This document shows positions 35,019 to 44,047 of a stretch of 64,000 nt of DNA, in pieces (within the stretch, counting starts at the first letter, position 1; each line of letters begins with the position of its first letter). The DNA is from an uncultured bacterium (lineage in GTDB: Bacteria > Cloacimonadota > Cloacimonadia > Cloacimonadales > Cloacimonadaceae), in contig CALGPA010000002.1 in the NCBI GenBank assembly GCA_937960795.1, positions 25,458 through 89,457 on the forward strand, written 5' to 3'. Both the position numbers and the translations under genes were made by a program. The notes beneath the pieces were generated by a model. The model was not told where the DNA came from, searched no databases, and saw nothing but the letters and a program-made list of their open reading frames with translations.

Positions 35019-36375
35019 AGACGGTCTTATAATTTGAATAGGTCACAAATCCTGATGGACTGCCTTTGGGCTTTCGCACATAGCGAATCTGGGTGTAATC
35101 CACGGGGACATTCACCGAGAACTTGGCCTGTGAATACCAGGCAGCAAGGCTGCAGCAGATCTCGATCAACTCATCAGGAACACTTTTTTTCTTGAGGTTT
35201 TTAAGGACTACATGTGCCCCGCGGTAGATGCGGCTGTGAAACCACCAGTCCTGTGCTTTGCCAAGTTTGGTGGTCACAAAGTCATTCTCTTTAGCCTTGC
35301 GACCAATGTAGATATGCCAATCATCAGAATAGCGATATTGCAGGATTCGATCTGCATGATTGACTCTTTGAGTGATCTTGCCACCGGCTTTGCCGTGAAT
35401 CTCAAGATCCAGATCTTCACCCGCTTTGAGGCGCTCAATAAGGCTGTTGATCGCATCAATCTCTGCGTTTGTGCGACTGATATTTATCTTGATGATGGAT
35501 AACCCACTTTTGGCCTTCCGATATTTCTTGATGTAGAAGGCCAGATTCTGCTGCGGACTTTTATCGCTTTGCAGATCTACAGTGATATTATTTATCTCGG
35601 GATCCAGATAGTTTGTGACAGTCAGGCTCTTTTGCCCGTTTTTGATCAGGTGCATATTTGGCTTTATGGCTTCTGCGCAAGCATGGTAATATTCTGCCTT
35701 TTCGGCATTATGTAGATCTCTGTGCTGTGAGCTCAGCTTTTTCTTGAGGCGCTTGCTTTCTTTGCTTAAGATCTTTAGCTTCTGCTCGAGATCTCCCTTT
35801 TTGTCTTGAGGTTTGAGGATCTCTGTGTGCCTTTTGGCAAAGAATCGATTGATGTCTGAGATCGGTTTACCGTCTGAATCAAGCGGCAAAGCTTCCGGAT
35901 CCGGAGTAAAACTCGTCTTGGGCGGGTAGTATGGCTGATTTGGCAAGATCATTCTCATTGGATTATCCGCCAGGGAATACTTGAAGATTGCATCACGAAC
36001 AAGGCCGGTGTCTGTCTTCAGCAGGATCACATTCGGCTTTGGAGGCATCAATTCACAGATCAATTGATAGTCCCTATTGTCACCATAGATATCTGTGTAT
36101 CTGAGGCTTAAGGTGAGGATGCGATCGTTTTCCTTGATGTATATCACATCTATTGTGCTCTTGCGGAGATCCTTCCATAGCTCTGTGGCGCGCTTTGGCA
36201 TCTCATCTTCAGGGTCATGGTAGATAAAGCTATCGGTGGGGCTCAAGACCACTATCAGGCTTCCTGACTTAAACAGCGCTATGTGCAGGGCATTGTCATC
36301 CAGCCAGATTCTCTCAATCGAGCCGGTAAAATCCCCATAATCCTTTACCCAACGTGCTAAGAAAACATATTTCAT
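34966..36375 (-). CDS. NFACT-family (RqcH/FbpA-like) protein with DUF814-type NFACT-R domain
   Basis: 469 aa. It has a central coiled coil, and DWWFHSRIYRGAHVVLKN is the NFACT-R signature. Confidence 0.7.
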   Translation of the reverse strand: MKYVFLARWVKDYGDFTGSIERIWLDDNALHIALFKSGSLIVVLSPTDSFIYHDPEDEMPKRATELWKDLRKSTIDVIYIKENDRILTLSLRYTDIYGDNRDYQLICELMPPKPNVILLKTDTGLVRDAIFKYSLADNPMRMILPNQPYYPPKTSFTPDPEALPLDSDGKPISDINRFFAKRHTEILKPQDKKGDLEQKLKILSKESKRLKKKLSSQHRDLHNAEKAEYYHACAEAIKPNMHLIKNGQKSLTVTNYLDPEINNITVDLQSDKSPQQNLAFYIKKYRKAKSGLSIIKINISRTNAEIDAINSLIERLKAGEDLDLEIHGKAGGKITQRVNHADRILQYRYSDDWHIYIGRKAKENDFVTTKLGKAQDWWFHSRIYRGAHVVLKNLKKKSVPDELIEICCSLAAWYSQAKFSVNVPVDYTQIRYVRKPKGSPSGFVTYSNYKTVFANPKDLRSIRKETQGD

Positions 36376-36399
36376 TATTACTGTCCATTATTATTTGTC

Positions 36400-36428
36400 T
36401 TGACATAAATCCTAATTATATTGAGAAT
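36400..36428 (+). promoter_or_regulatory. putative sigma70-type promoter
   Basis: TTGACA (36400-36405), 17-nt spacer, GAGAAT (36423-36428), 34 nt before the ATG at 36462. Confidence 0.3.
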
Positions 36429-36461
36429 GACACTTACAGAATAACGCGATAGGAGTCAAGC

Positions 36462-37334
36462 ATGAAAAGTATCCAAATCATAATCATCATAGCTTTGGCC
36501 ATATTGGCCATTGTCTTTGGCATTGTATGGATGAATGCAGCCAAAGAAAACAAGGCTTTGGTGCAATCCAACGAAGACCTTAAGACTCTCTATGAATCAT
36601 CAACACAGACTATTGATGAGATCACAGCCAGCTTAGAAGCGATCGATGAAGATCTTTCCGGTCAGCTTTTTACCCAATCTGAGATCCCGGACTTGTCCCC
36701 CGCAGAGCGCCAAAAGCGTCTGATCGGGACCATTGCAAATATGCGGGAACAGATCGAAGCTGACAAAAAGAAGATAGCACAGCTTGAAGCACAATTGGCA
36801 AGCTCTCGCACGCAACTGCGCGGTGTGCAAGAAACAGTCAATCGCCTCAAAGCATCGATTGCTGAAAAGGAGACCATCATGGCAGAATTGCAGGATCGAC
36901 TGGGAATCGTAAATGAGACCCTAGAAGAAGAACGCAGGCTTAGCCAGATGGAAATCGCAGCCAGAGAGCAAACCATCATGGAAAAAGATGCAGCACTCAC
37001 CGAGGCAGAATGGGAAGCCAATAATATATACTACGTTTACGGCTCCCGCAGAAACCTCATGGATCAGGATATCATTGACCGCAAAGGCGGCATCCTGGGC
37101 ATCGGTAGAGTGACCACAGTCACCAAGAATCTGGATTTGGACAAGTTTGACCAGATCAATCTTGGCGAAACCATCGAGATTAGATTCCCTGCTACCAGAA
37201 AGGGGTATAGTGTTCTGTCCAATCACGTCGCAACTACCTATAGTGTGGAAAGAGACGGCGATGAATACGTACTAACCGTTTTAGACACGGAGAACTTCCG
37301 CAAACAAAAATTCCTCGTAATAGAACTACTCTAA
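36462..37334 (+). CDS. membrane-anchored coiled-coil protein, unknown function
   Basis: 290 aa with an N-terminal TM (IIIIIALAILAIVFGIVW), a ~170-aa heptad-rich Q/E/A segment and a globular C-terminal ~100 aa. AGGAG RBS. Confidence 0.5.
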   Translation: MKSIQIIIIIALAILAIVFGIVWMNAAKENKALVQSNEDLKTLYESSTQTIDEITASLEAIDEDLSGQLFTQSEIPDLSPAERQKRLIGTIANMREQIEADKKKIAQLEAQLASSRTQLRGVQETVNRLKASIAEKETIMAELQDRLGIVNETLEEERRLSQMEIAAREQTIMEKDAALTEAEWEANNIYYVYGSRRNLMDQDIIDRKGGILGIGRVTTVTKNLDLDKFDQINLGETIEIRFPATRKGYSVLSNHVATTYSVERDGDEYVLTVLDTENFRKQKFLVIELL

Positions 37335-37355
37335 CGCGTTATCTTTATCTGTACC

Positions 37356-37388
37356 AAGCCCCGGATTCGTTCGGGGCTTTCTTTATGC
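37356..37388 (+). terminator. rho-independent terminator
   Basis: AAGCCCCG-gattcgtt-CGGGGCTT-TCTTTAT, an 8-bp GC-rich stem, 22 nt after the stop at 37334. Confidence 0.7.
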
Positions 37389-37480
37389 TCGTGGTTTTTT
37401 AGGAATGCTGGTTATAGCAAACGCGGCTCATATCACAGCGGGCAATGCATTTCACCACTTCAAGGGACTCTGATTATCAC

Positions 37481-37610
37481 GCAATATTTGAGCTTGGTTT
37501 ACACATTTCGGGCGAATCGTGTAAGTCTTTATTTTCTCACCGCTTGCACGCTCGAGCGGTGAGCGACCGGTGAGAGGGGCATGAGCGCGCCATATTTTAC
37601 AAGCATTTAG
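37481..37610 (-). repeat. intergenic repeat family A, copy 3 (full length, inverted)
   Basis: The reverse complement aligns over about 130 bp with 49784-49913, with only scattered substitutions. Confidence 0.9.
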
Positions 37611-37645
37611 AGGTGGTTTTAAGTCCCCAAGAGTGGACGCTACGT

Positions 37646-37740
37646 CACATATCATGAGCACCAGACCTACACCTGCCATCACATATCATGAGCACCAGAC
37701 CTACACCTGCCATCACATATCATGAGCACTAGCCCTACAT
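37646..37740. repeat. 34-bp tandem repeat, about 2.8 units
   Basis: CACATATCATGAGCACCAGACCTACACCTGCCAT is repeated head-to-tail at 37646, 37680 and 37714. The third unit is diverged and truncated. There are no spacers. Confidence 0.9.
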
Positions 37741-37774
37741 TAGTCATTCCATCCCCACGACTAGCCCCAGAAAA

Positions 37775-37819
37775 GTCATTCCGGAACATCGAGCGAAGCG
37801 AGATGTATCCGGAATCTAT
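37775..37819. repeat. palindromic element B, copy 2 (uninterrupted)
   Basis: GTCATTCCGGAAcatcgagcgaagcgagatgtATCCGGAATCTAT has inverted ends ATTCCGGA/TCCGGAAT. A partial extra copy of the left end (tagtcattcc) is at 37741-37750. Confidence 0.8.
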
Positions 37820-37837
37820 AGAAACTAATCAACAGCC

Positions 37838-37886
37838 AAATCGCCCTTCATGCTCTTCTGACTGAACCTCGCATGAAGGGCGATTT
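37838..37886. other. perfect 16-bp inverted repeat (stem-loop), A/T-flanked
   Basis: AAATCGCCCTTCATGC-17 nt-GCATGAAGGGCGATTT. No gene ends next to it. Confidence 0.85.
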
Positions 37887-38150
37887 TGCTGTGATTTCTG
37901 CCCATCTCTTGCTTCATAGGCGTCACTTTACTATCCTGAGAACTTCCTCAGCTCAGCAAAGGAGCTTTGGGAGAGAGTCCTAGGGGCAAGGGAAGCCAGC
38001 GCAGAGTTTAGAGGTAACCGGAATCTAGCGCATCAACGCAGGCTAATGATTCAGTCTGCTTATGAGGTCTCATGCCCATGAAATGCTTCATAGCAGAAAT
38101 CTTATCTTGCGCCACTCTCTCATTTTGAAAGAGATTAAAAAATCTCAGAC

Positions 38151-38178
38151 AAAAAAACCCGCACTATCAAGCACGGGT
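38151..38178 (-). terminator. possible terminator after htpG
   Basis: The minus strand reads ACCCG-12 nt-CGGGT followed by T7. The stem is short (5 bp). Confidence 0.4.
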
Positions 38179-38202
38179 CTATTGATCTGTGGGGCAAGGG
38201 TA

Positions 38203-40206
38203 TTAGATGAATGATAGCACTTTGTTGGCCTTGCCGATGAAGTCCTTGAGCTCTTGGCCACTGAATGCTTTCTGCTCAAGCAAGGATAGATCATGGATGT
38301 AGGAGCAGAGGGTCTTGACCTCGTCGGTCTTATCTTCATTGTCCAGCTCAATAATCTTGTGGATAATGGGGTTCTGGGTGTTGATCACCAAACTATGATG
38401 CTTTAGCATGTCACTGCCTGCGCCCATTTTGGAGACCATGTCCATATCGTGCCAGCGGCGCATAAACTCACTAAAGACAATCATTCCGGGGATCTCAGGA
38501 GTCTTCAGATTCTTCAGCTCCACCTTGATATCAGTGTATGCGTGGTTTTCCAGCTCGGTCAGAGCTTTTGTGCCCAAGTCCTTTCGTACATCTTCAGGGA
38601 GATCCAACAGATTGATGAGAGTCTGTTCGTCCTGCTGAACCTGATAGGGACTCAGAATCGTGCTGGCATCGGGATGCTTCTTGAGAAATTCTTTGAAGCT
38701 TTCTTTGCTAAATGATGCTTCCAGCTTCTGATCTAGGGCATCGTAGAATATCTTTTTGAGACGCGACTTCTGCTCAGCCGTGATAGTTTCGGATTCTGCG
38801 CTTACCAGTGTGTCATTCACCTCACTATCAATGCGGATAAACTCGGCTTTGTCCAGCTTCGCTTCCAGCCTTTGGAAAAGATGGATATCCAGTGGTGAAG
38901 TCTGATATATGACCTCGATACCTTGCTCTTTCATTAGCTTGAGATAGCTCACCTGAGTATCTTCGCTGGCGGCATACCAGATCTTGGTGCTTTCTTCAGC
39001 AGTCGCTGCATTTCTATTCTTATATTCTTCAATGGTTAGATAATCGCCGCTGGCGCTTTTGAAGATGGCGATGTCTTTCATGGCTTCAAAGAAATCATCC
39101 TCTTTGAGCATGCCAAATTTGATGAACGTGTTGATGTCTTCCCAATATTCTTCATACTTCTTGCGATCTTCTTTGAAAGTGCTCTGGAAATGATCCGAGA
39201 CTTTTTTGATGATATACTGAGATATCTTGCGAACCTGAGAGTCGTTTTGCAAAAAGCTTCTGGATACATTTAGGGGAATATCGGGTATATCAATCCCGCC
39301 TTTGAGCAAGAGCAGAAACTCCGGAATCAGATCTTCTAAATTGTCTGCGACAAAGACGTTGTTGCAAAACAGCTTGACTTCGCCCTTGAAGAAATCCGGC
39401 TCATTACGAAGCTTGGGAAAGTAAAGAATTCCCTTGAGATTGAAAGGGAAATCCACATTCAGGTGGATCCAAAAGACGGGATCATTATAGTCGTGAAAGA
39501 CTTGTTTGTAAAACTCTTTGTATTCTTCTTCTTTCACGTCCTTCGGTTTCCGATTCCATAGAGCTTCCAATTGGTTGACTTGTTTGGAATCAAAGTAGAT
39601 AGGAACCGGCATGAAGTTGCAATAGCGTTCGAGGATTTCTTTGATCTTTCCGTCTTCAGCGTATTCCTTGGAATCTTCGTTGAGATGCAGAGTGATGGTA
39701 GTGCCGACCTCTTTGCGTTTACCTTCGCTCATGATGTACTCTGTGCTGCCATCACATTCCCAGAAAGCCGCTTGGCTGTCAGGCTCGATCGACAGGGAGT
39801 CTATAGTGACTTTATCTGAGACCATAAAGGACGAGTAGAATCCCAAGCCAAAGTGACCGATGATATTGGACTGCACATCCTTGAATTTGTTTACGAACTC
39901 CTCAGCACCGGAAAAGGCGATCTGATTGATGTATTTCTTGATTTCCTCAGCGGTCATGCCTATGCCTGTATCGATGATCTGCAGAGTATTCTTGGATTTA
40001 TCAAGCTTGATCTCGATCTTCATGTCTTCTTGCTTAAAGGCCGAATCTGCATATTTACGCTTAGAGATCGCATCTACCGCGTTTGATACCAGTTCTCTGA
40101 GGAAGATATCGTGTTGGGAATAGAGCCACTTTTTTATGATGGGGAATATGTTTTCAGTGTGGATACTGAGTGCCCCTTTTTCTTTTTGTTTTGTAGCCAT
40201 ACTCAT
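38203..40206 (-). CDS. htpG: molecular chaperone HtpG (Hsp90)
   Basis: 667 aa with LRELVSNAVDAISK, the GHKL ATPase motif HFGLGFYSSFMV, and middle and C-terminal domains. Confidence 0.95.
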   Translation of the reverse strand: MSMATKQKEKGALSIHTENIFPIIKKWLYSQHDIFLRELVSNAVDAISKRKYADSAFKQEDMKIEIKLDKSKNTLQIIDTGIGMTAEEIKKYINQIAFSGAEEFVNKFKDVQSNIIGHFGLGFYSSFMVSDKVTIDSLSIEPDSQAAFWECDGSTEYIMSEGKRKEVGTTITLHLNEDSKEYAEDGKIKEILERYCNFMPVPIYFDSKQVNQLEALWNRKPKDVKEEEYKEFYKQVFHDYNDPVFWIHLNVDFPFNLKGILYFPKLRNEPDFFKGEVKLFCNNVFVADNLEDLIPEFLLLLKGGIDIPDIPLNVSRSFLQNDSQVRKISQYIIKKVSDHFQSTFKEDRKKYEEYWEDINTFIKFGMLKEDDFFEAMKDIAIFKSASGDYLTIEEYKNRNAATAEESTKIWYAASEDTQVSYLKLMKEQGIEVIYQTSPLDIHLFQRLEAKLDKAEFIRIDSEVNDTLVSAESETITAEQKSRLKKIFYDALDQKLEASFSKESFKEFLKKHPDASTILSPYQVQQDEQTLINLLDLPEDVRKDLGTKALTELENHAYTDIKVELKNLKTPEIPGMIVFSEFMRRWHDMDMVSKMGAGSDMLKHHSLVINTQNPIIHKIIELDNEDKTDEVKTLCSYIHDLSLLEQKAFSGQELKDFIGKANKVLSFI

Positions 40207-40239
40207 AATCTCCTTAACTAATATTCATGTTTAAATGAT

Positions 40240-40267
40240 AAGATAGTTGACAGCGGATATCTGTCAA
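40240..40267 (-). promoter_or_regulatory. putative sigma70-type promoter of htpG
   Basis: Minus strand TTGACA (40267-40262), 16-nt spacer, TATCTT (40245-40240). The -35 lies in the inverted repeat TTGACAG-7 nt-CTGTCAA, which also presents TTGACA on the plus strand (40247-40252). Confidence 0.4.
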
Positions 40268-40274
40268 GAGCTTT

Positions 40275-40301
40275 TTAGCAGTCCAGAACATAGACTGCTA
40301 A
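40275..40301. promoter_or_regulatory. CIRCE-like HrcA operator
   Basis: TTAGCAGTC-N9-GACTGCTAA compared with the CIRCE consensus TTAGCACTC-N9-GAGTGCTAA. It matches 8/9 per arm, the substitution is symmetric so the palindrome is perfect, and the spacer is exactly 9 nt. It lies 69-95 nt upstream of the htpG ATG. Confidence 0.6.
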
Positions 40302-40465
40302 ATCACCAGACGGAGAATCGCTGCGTCAGGCATGCATCAAGCGCGGCGTCTTTGCAGGACAAGGTGATGAGATGGATCTCATAGTTCTCAACAAATATGC
40401 TGAATTGGAACACAGTTTGCATCTATCAAATGCTAATAGAACAAGGAAATTTTATAGGTGGACGT

Positions 40466-43400
40466 ATGAAATCAAGTATTCTAAGCATTCTTATGCTGTT
40501 TGCGACAGCAATCCTTTTTGCAGGGGTCAGCCATACCTACTTGCTGAATAATCCTCAGATAACGAACAGTGAGCATGGGCTTGTAATCAAGCTGGATGGT
40601 GCCAACAGTTTTTCGGAGCCCGGAGAGCCTGACCTGCCCTGGTTTGGCTTCAAGATTCTATTGCCAAGTGGCATGGAAGCTGAGGATCTCACGATCAAGC
40701 GTTTTGGTGAGATCCGGATCTCTTTGGACGACATAGTGATGCCCACACAGCGGCAGTATCCTCTATCATACAAAGGACAGCTATCCTTCGATAGCCCAAG
40801 AGCGGATATCTACGATTCATTTGACGCATATCCCGCTAAGATATCAAAGGGTCTCAGCACCCATTTCCTCAGCGGACATCCAATAGCTTTTGGTGCAGTT
40901 TCTCCCTTTGAGTATCGTCCCCAAGATAATGAGCTTGTTTTTTACAGTGGGCTGGAAGTCACTGTCAATTATAGATCAGGCATTCGCGCGCAGGAAGCCA
41001 CTCGCCTCTTGAAGCAGGATTCCTTCGTAGCTCGCAGATTGAACCAAAGCGTAGACAACCTGCAGGATATTCCTGCATATCAATATATGCAAAACGATGG
41101 TTATGAATATCTGATGATCGTCGAAGAAAGCAAGATCCCCATCTGGGAGACTCTTGCGGATCTGTATGAAGGTCGAGGCATTTCTGTGTCGATCAAAAGT
41201 GTAAGTCAGATCACCGCAAGTCAGACCGGACAGGATGAACAGGAGAAGATCCGCAACTATATCATTGCTGCCTATGAGTCTAACCCGCTTCGTTATGTTC
41301 TTCTGGGCGGTGATGTGGATGTGATCCCTCATCGTGGTTTTTATGTGAGCATGGGCTATGGGGGAGAGACCGACGATGACATCCCCGCCGACATGTATTA
41401 TTCTTGTTTGGATGGAAACTGGAATTATGACGGAGATGAATATTGGGGAGAACCTCAAGAAGCCGATTTGGTTCCCGAGCTTGCTATCGGGCGTATTTGC
41501 TACAACAGCGATGAGGAGATCATAAATCAGATAAACAAGATATTCATGTATCAAGTTGCACCGGTGGAGGATCATGTCAAGTCCGTAGATTTCATCGGAG
41601 AATGGCTTTGGGACGGCCCCACCTGGGGTGGCGACTATATGGACGAAATGATTGGCGGATCTAGCATGCATGGTTACACGACTGCGGGAGTTCCGACTGA
41701 TTGGGATATCACCACGCTCTATGATAGGACCAACGGCTATTCTGATTCATGGGGACCCACCCAAGTCAGACCGATCCTCTCCGCGGGAGCAAACCTAGTC
41801 AATCATCTGGGACACTCTGCCACGACCTACAATATGCGTCTTTCGAATAACCAAGTGACCCAGACGTCCATAACAAATGATGGCGTAACCGGTAATTATT
41901 CCATATACTTCACTCAGGGCTGCTATGCCGGCAGTTTTGACAATCGGGGCACCAATCCCAATTCCTATGGTGCTGATAGCATCACAGAGAGGTTCACCGC
42001 TCTTCCCACTTCTGCGGCCGGCATGATCTCCCATTCCAGATATGGTTGGGGCGTCCAAGGCTCAACTAATGGCGCATCTCAATACTTCCACCGCGAATAC
42101 ATCGATGCTCTTTTTGGTGAGAACATCTACGAGCTGGGATATGCATTGGTGGACTCAAAGATAGACAACATACCCTTCATAACAGGCAGTGCCGTGATGC
42201 ATTGGGTCACATATGAGACCAATCTTTTTGGCTGTCCTGTCACAAATGTCTGGACTGATACTCCGCAAGATCTCTCAGCTCAATTGCCCGGCACTTGGTT
42301 GGTGGGCTTGAATCAATACACTATCCAGACAAATGCAGCTGATGCACAGCTGAAGATCAAGCGTCAAAATGAGATCATCCATGAAGCTTATGCAGATGAG
42401 AGCGGGATCATCAATGTCAATCTTGATGAAGGTCTTATCCCGGGAAGCTACACCGTCTACATCAATGCGGCAAATCACTATCCGATTAGTCAAGAGATCT
42501 CTGTTACAGCGGCTGAGATGCCCTATTTGATCTGTGAAGATATCTCCGTGATTGACAACGATGGTATCTTCCACACCGGAGAAGAGCTGCAGCTTTCATT
42601 CAGGATAGCAAATCTTGGTATGATCGATCATGAAGGACAGGCAGAGATTAGCCTTGAAAGCCAATCCCCCAATATCGAGATCTTGGAGGGAACATATTCC
42701 TTTGAGAGTGTAAATGCGGGTGAAAGCCTTGATGTCGAATCAGCTTTTGAGGTCGCCATAGTAGGTACCTTTGAAGACCAGACAATAGCAAGTCTCACAT
42801 TCACGATCAATTTTGGGGATTACGAGACTGAGACCTTTCATCGGATCATTCTTTCTGCTCCGGTTCTGGATCTGGTTTCCTATACGGTGCAATCCGAAGA
42901 CATATATCTGATGCCGGGGGGAGAGGCTCAGATCAGCTTTAGCATTCAAAACAATGGTCATGGGACTGCATTTAGTCCTTCTATCATGTTCTTCACCAAT
43001 GATAGCTCTGTCAATACCAGTGTTTTTGAACTCCCACTTCCCATAATTGGCGCTGATTCATCAATTGAGATGTCTGATGCATTTTACATTACAGTCTCAG
43101 AGAACCTTGAGCTGGGCTCCACTGTGGGCGTAAACTACATGCTCACTGCTGAAAACGGATCTGCCACGGATGGAACTTTTGTGATCCATATCGGCATGAT
43201 AAACTATGGTTTTGAGGAAGACGAGCAAGGGTGGATCAGCGAATCGCTCAATCAAGGCTTCATCAATCAATGGCATCGCAGCTCACATCGCAATGTGACG
43301 CCGGGCGGGTCATACTCAATGAAGTTTGGCGGACAGGGATCTGCTCAATATGCTTCCGGTGCTTATGGCGCTTTGGTTTCTCCCGAGATGTATTTGGCTC

Positions 43401-44047
43401 CAAACAGCGTGCTCAAATTTTGGCACTGGATGGACGCTGAGATCCACGAGAACCAATCTCAAGCATGGGATGGAGGCAATCTGCAGATGTCAATCGATGG
43501 TGGTCAGTGGTTCTTGATTGAGCCCACGGGTTCCTATCCTTGCACGATATACAGCAATCCTGCTTCCCCGTTTAGCGCAGGAACACCCGTATATTCAGGA
43601 AGCTTCGGCTGGACAGAAGCCAGCTTTGAATTGGGAGCACACACCGGGCAAGCGAGATTCCGTTTTGTCTTTGGCAGTGATGGTTACGTGACCGGTGAAG
43701 GATGGTATATTGACGATCTTCGTCTGGAATCCGATACCGTATCTATTTCTGATCTATTAACACCCGTGCCGGTTTTGACACTTGCTCAAAACTATCCCAA
43801 TCCATTCAATCCCAATACCACTATCAGCTTTGTCTTACCTTCCCGCCAGCAAGCCAGACTCAGTATCTTCAATCTCAAAGGACAGCTTGTTCGCACTTTG
43901 GTCGATGCCAAATTGGAAGCAGGGCAAAACACCTTTACTTGGGATGGCAAAGACGCTCGCGGCAAAACTGTGGCTTCCGGAGTATATAGCTATCGATTAA
44001 GCACCGAGACCGGACATCTAATAAAGAAAATGATACTAATGAAATGA
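40466..44047 (+). CDS. gingipain-like cysteine peptidase (C25 family) with T9SS-type C-terminal sorting domain
   Basis: I moved the start to ATG 40466 (MKSSILSILMLFATAILFAG signal). The His/Cys dyad context is VNHLGHSA and YFTQGCYAGSF. Ig-like repeats and a MAM/lectin-like domain follow. The C-terminal tail is NYPNPFNPNTTISFVLP...GVYSYRL. Confidence 0.8.
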   Translation: MKSSILSILMLFATAILFAGVSHTYLLNNPQITNSEHGLVIKLDGANSFSEPGEPDLPWFGFKILLPSGMEAEDLTIKRFGEIRISLDDIVMPTQRQYPLSYKGQLSFDSPRADIYDSFDAYPAKISKGLSTHFLSGHPIAFGAVSPFEYRPQDNELVFYSGLEVTVNYRSGIRAQEATRLLKQDSFVARRLNQSVDNLQDIPAYQYMQNDGYEYLMIVEESKIPIWETLADLYEGRGISVSIKSVSQITASQTGQDEQEKIRNYIIAAYESNPLRYVLLGGDVDVIPHRGFYVSMGYGGETDDDIPADMYYSCLDGNWNYDGDEYWGEPQEADLVPELAIGRICYNSDEEIINQINKIFMYQVAPVEDHVKSVDFIGEWLWDGPTWGGDYMDEMIGGSSMHGYTTAGVPTDWDITTLYDRTNGYSDSWGPTQVRPILSAGANLVNHLGHSATTYNMRLSNNQVTQTSITNDGVTGNYSIYFTQGCYAGSFDNRGTNPNSYGADSITERFTALPTSAAGMISHSRYGWGVQGSTNGASQYFHREYIDALFGENIYELGYALVDSKIDNIPFITGSAVMHWVTYETNLFGCPVTNVWTDTPQDLSAQLPGTWLVGLNQYTIQTNAADAQLKIKRQNEIIHEAYADESGIINVNLDEGLIPGSYTVYINAANHYPISQEISVTAAEMPYLICEDISVIDNDGIFHTGEELQLSFRIANLGMIDHEGQAEISLESQSPNIEILEGTYSFESVNAGESLDVESAFEVAIVGTFEDQTIASLTFTINFGDYETETFHRIILSAPVLDLVSYTVQSEDIYLMPGGEAQISFSIQNNGHGTAFSPSIMFFTNDSSVNTSVFELPLPIIGADSSIEMSDAFYITVSENLELGSTVGVNYMLTAENGSATDGTFVIHIGMINYGFEEDEQGWISESLNQGFINQWHRSSHRNVTPGGSYSMKFGGQGSAQYASGAYGALVSPEMYLAPNSVLKFWHWMDAEIHENQSQAWDGGNLQMSIDGGQWFLIEPTGSYPCTIYSNPASPFSAGTPVYSGSFGWTEASFELGAHTGQARFRFVFGSDGYVTGEGWYIDDLRLESDTVSISDLLTPVPVLTLAQNYPNPFNPNTTISFVLPSRQQARLSIFNLKGQLVRTLVDAKLEAGQNTFTWDGKDARGKTVASGVYSYRLSTETGHLIKKMILMK

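Noticed and set aside
37646-37740. 34-bp repeats considered as a CRISPR array
   Set aside because: The units are directly adjacent with no spacers. There are only about 2.8 copies, no cas genes and no leader. It is a simple tandem duplication.
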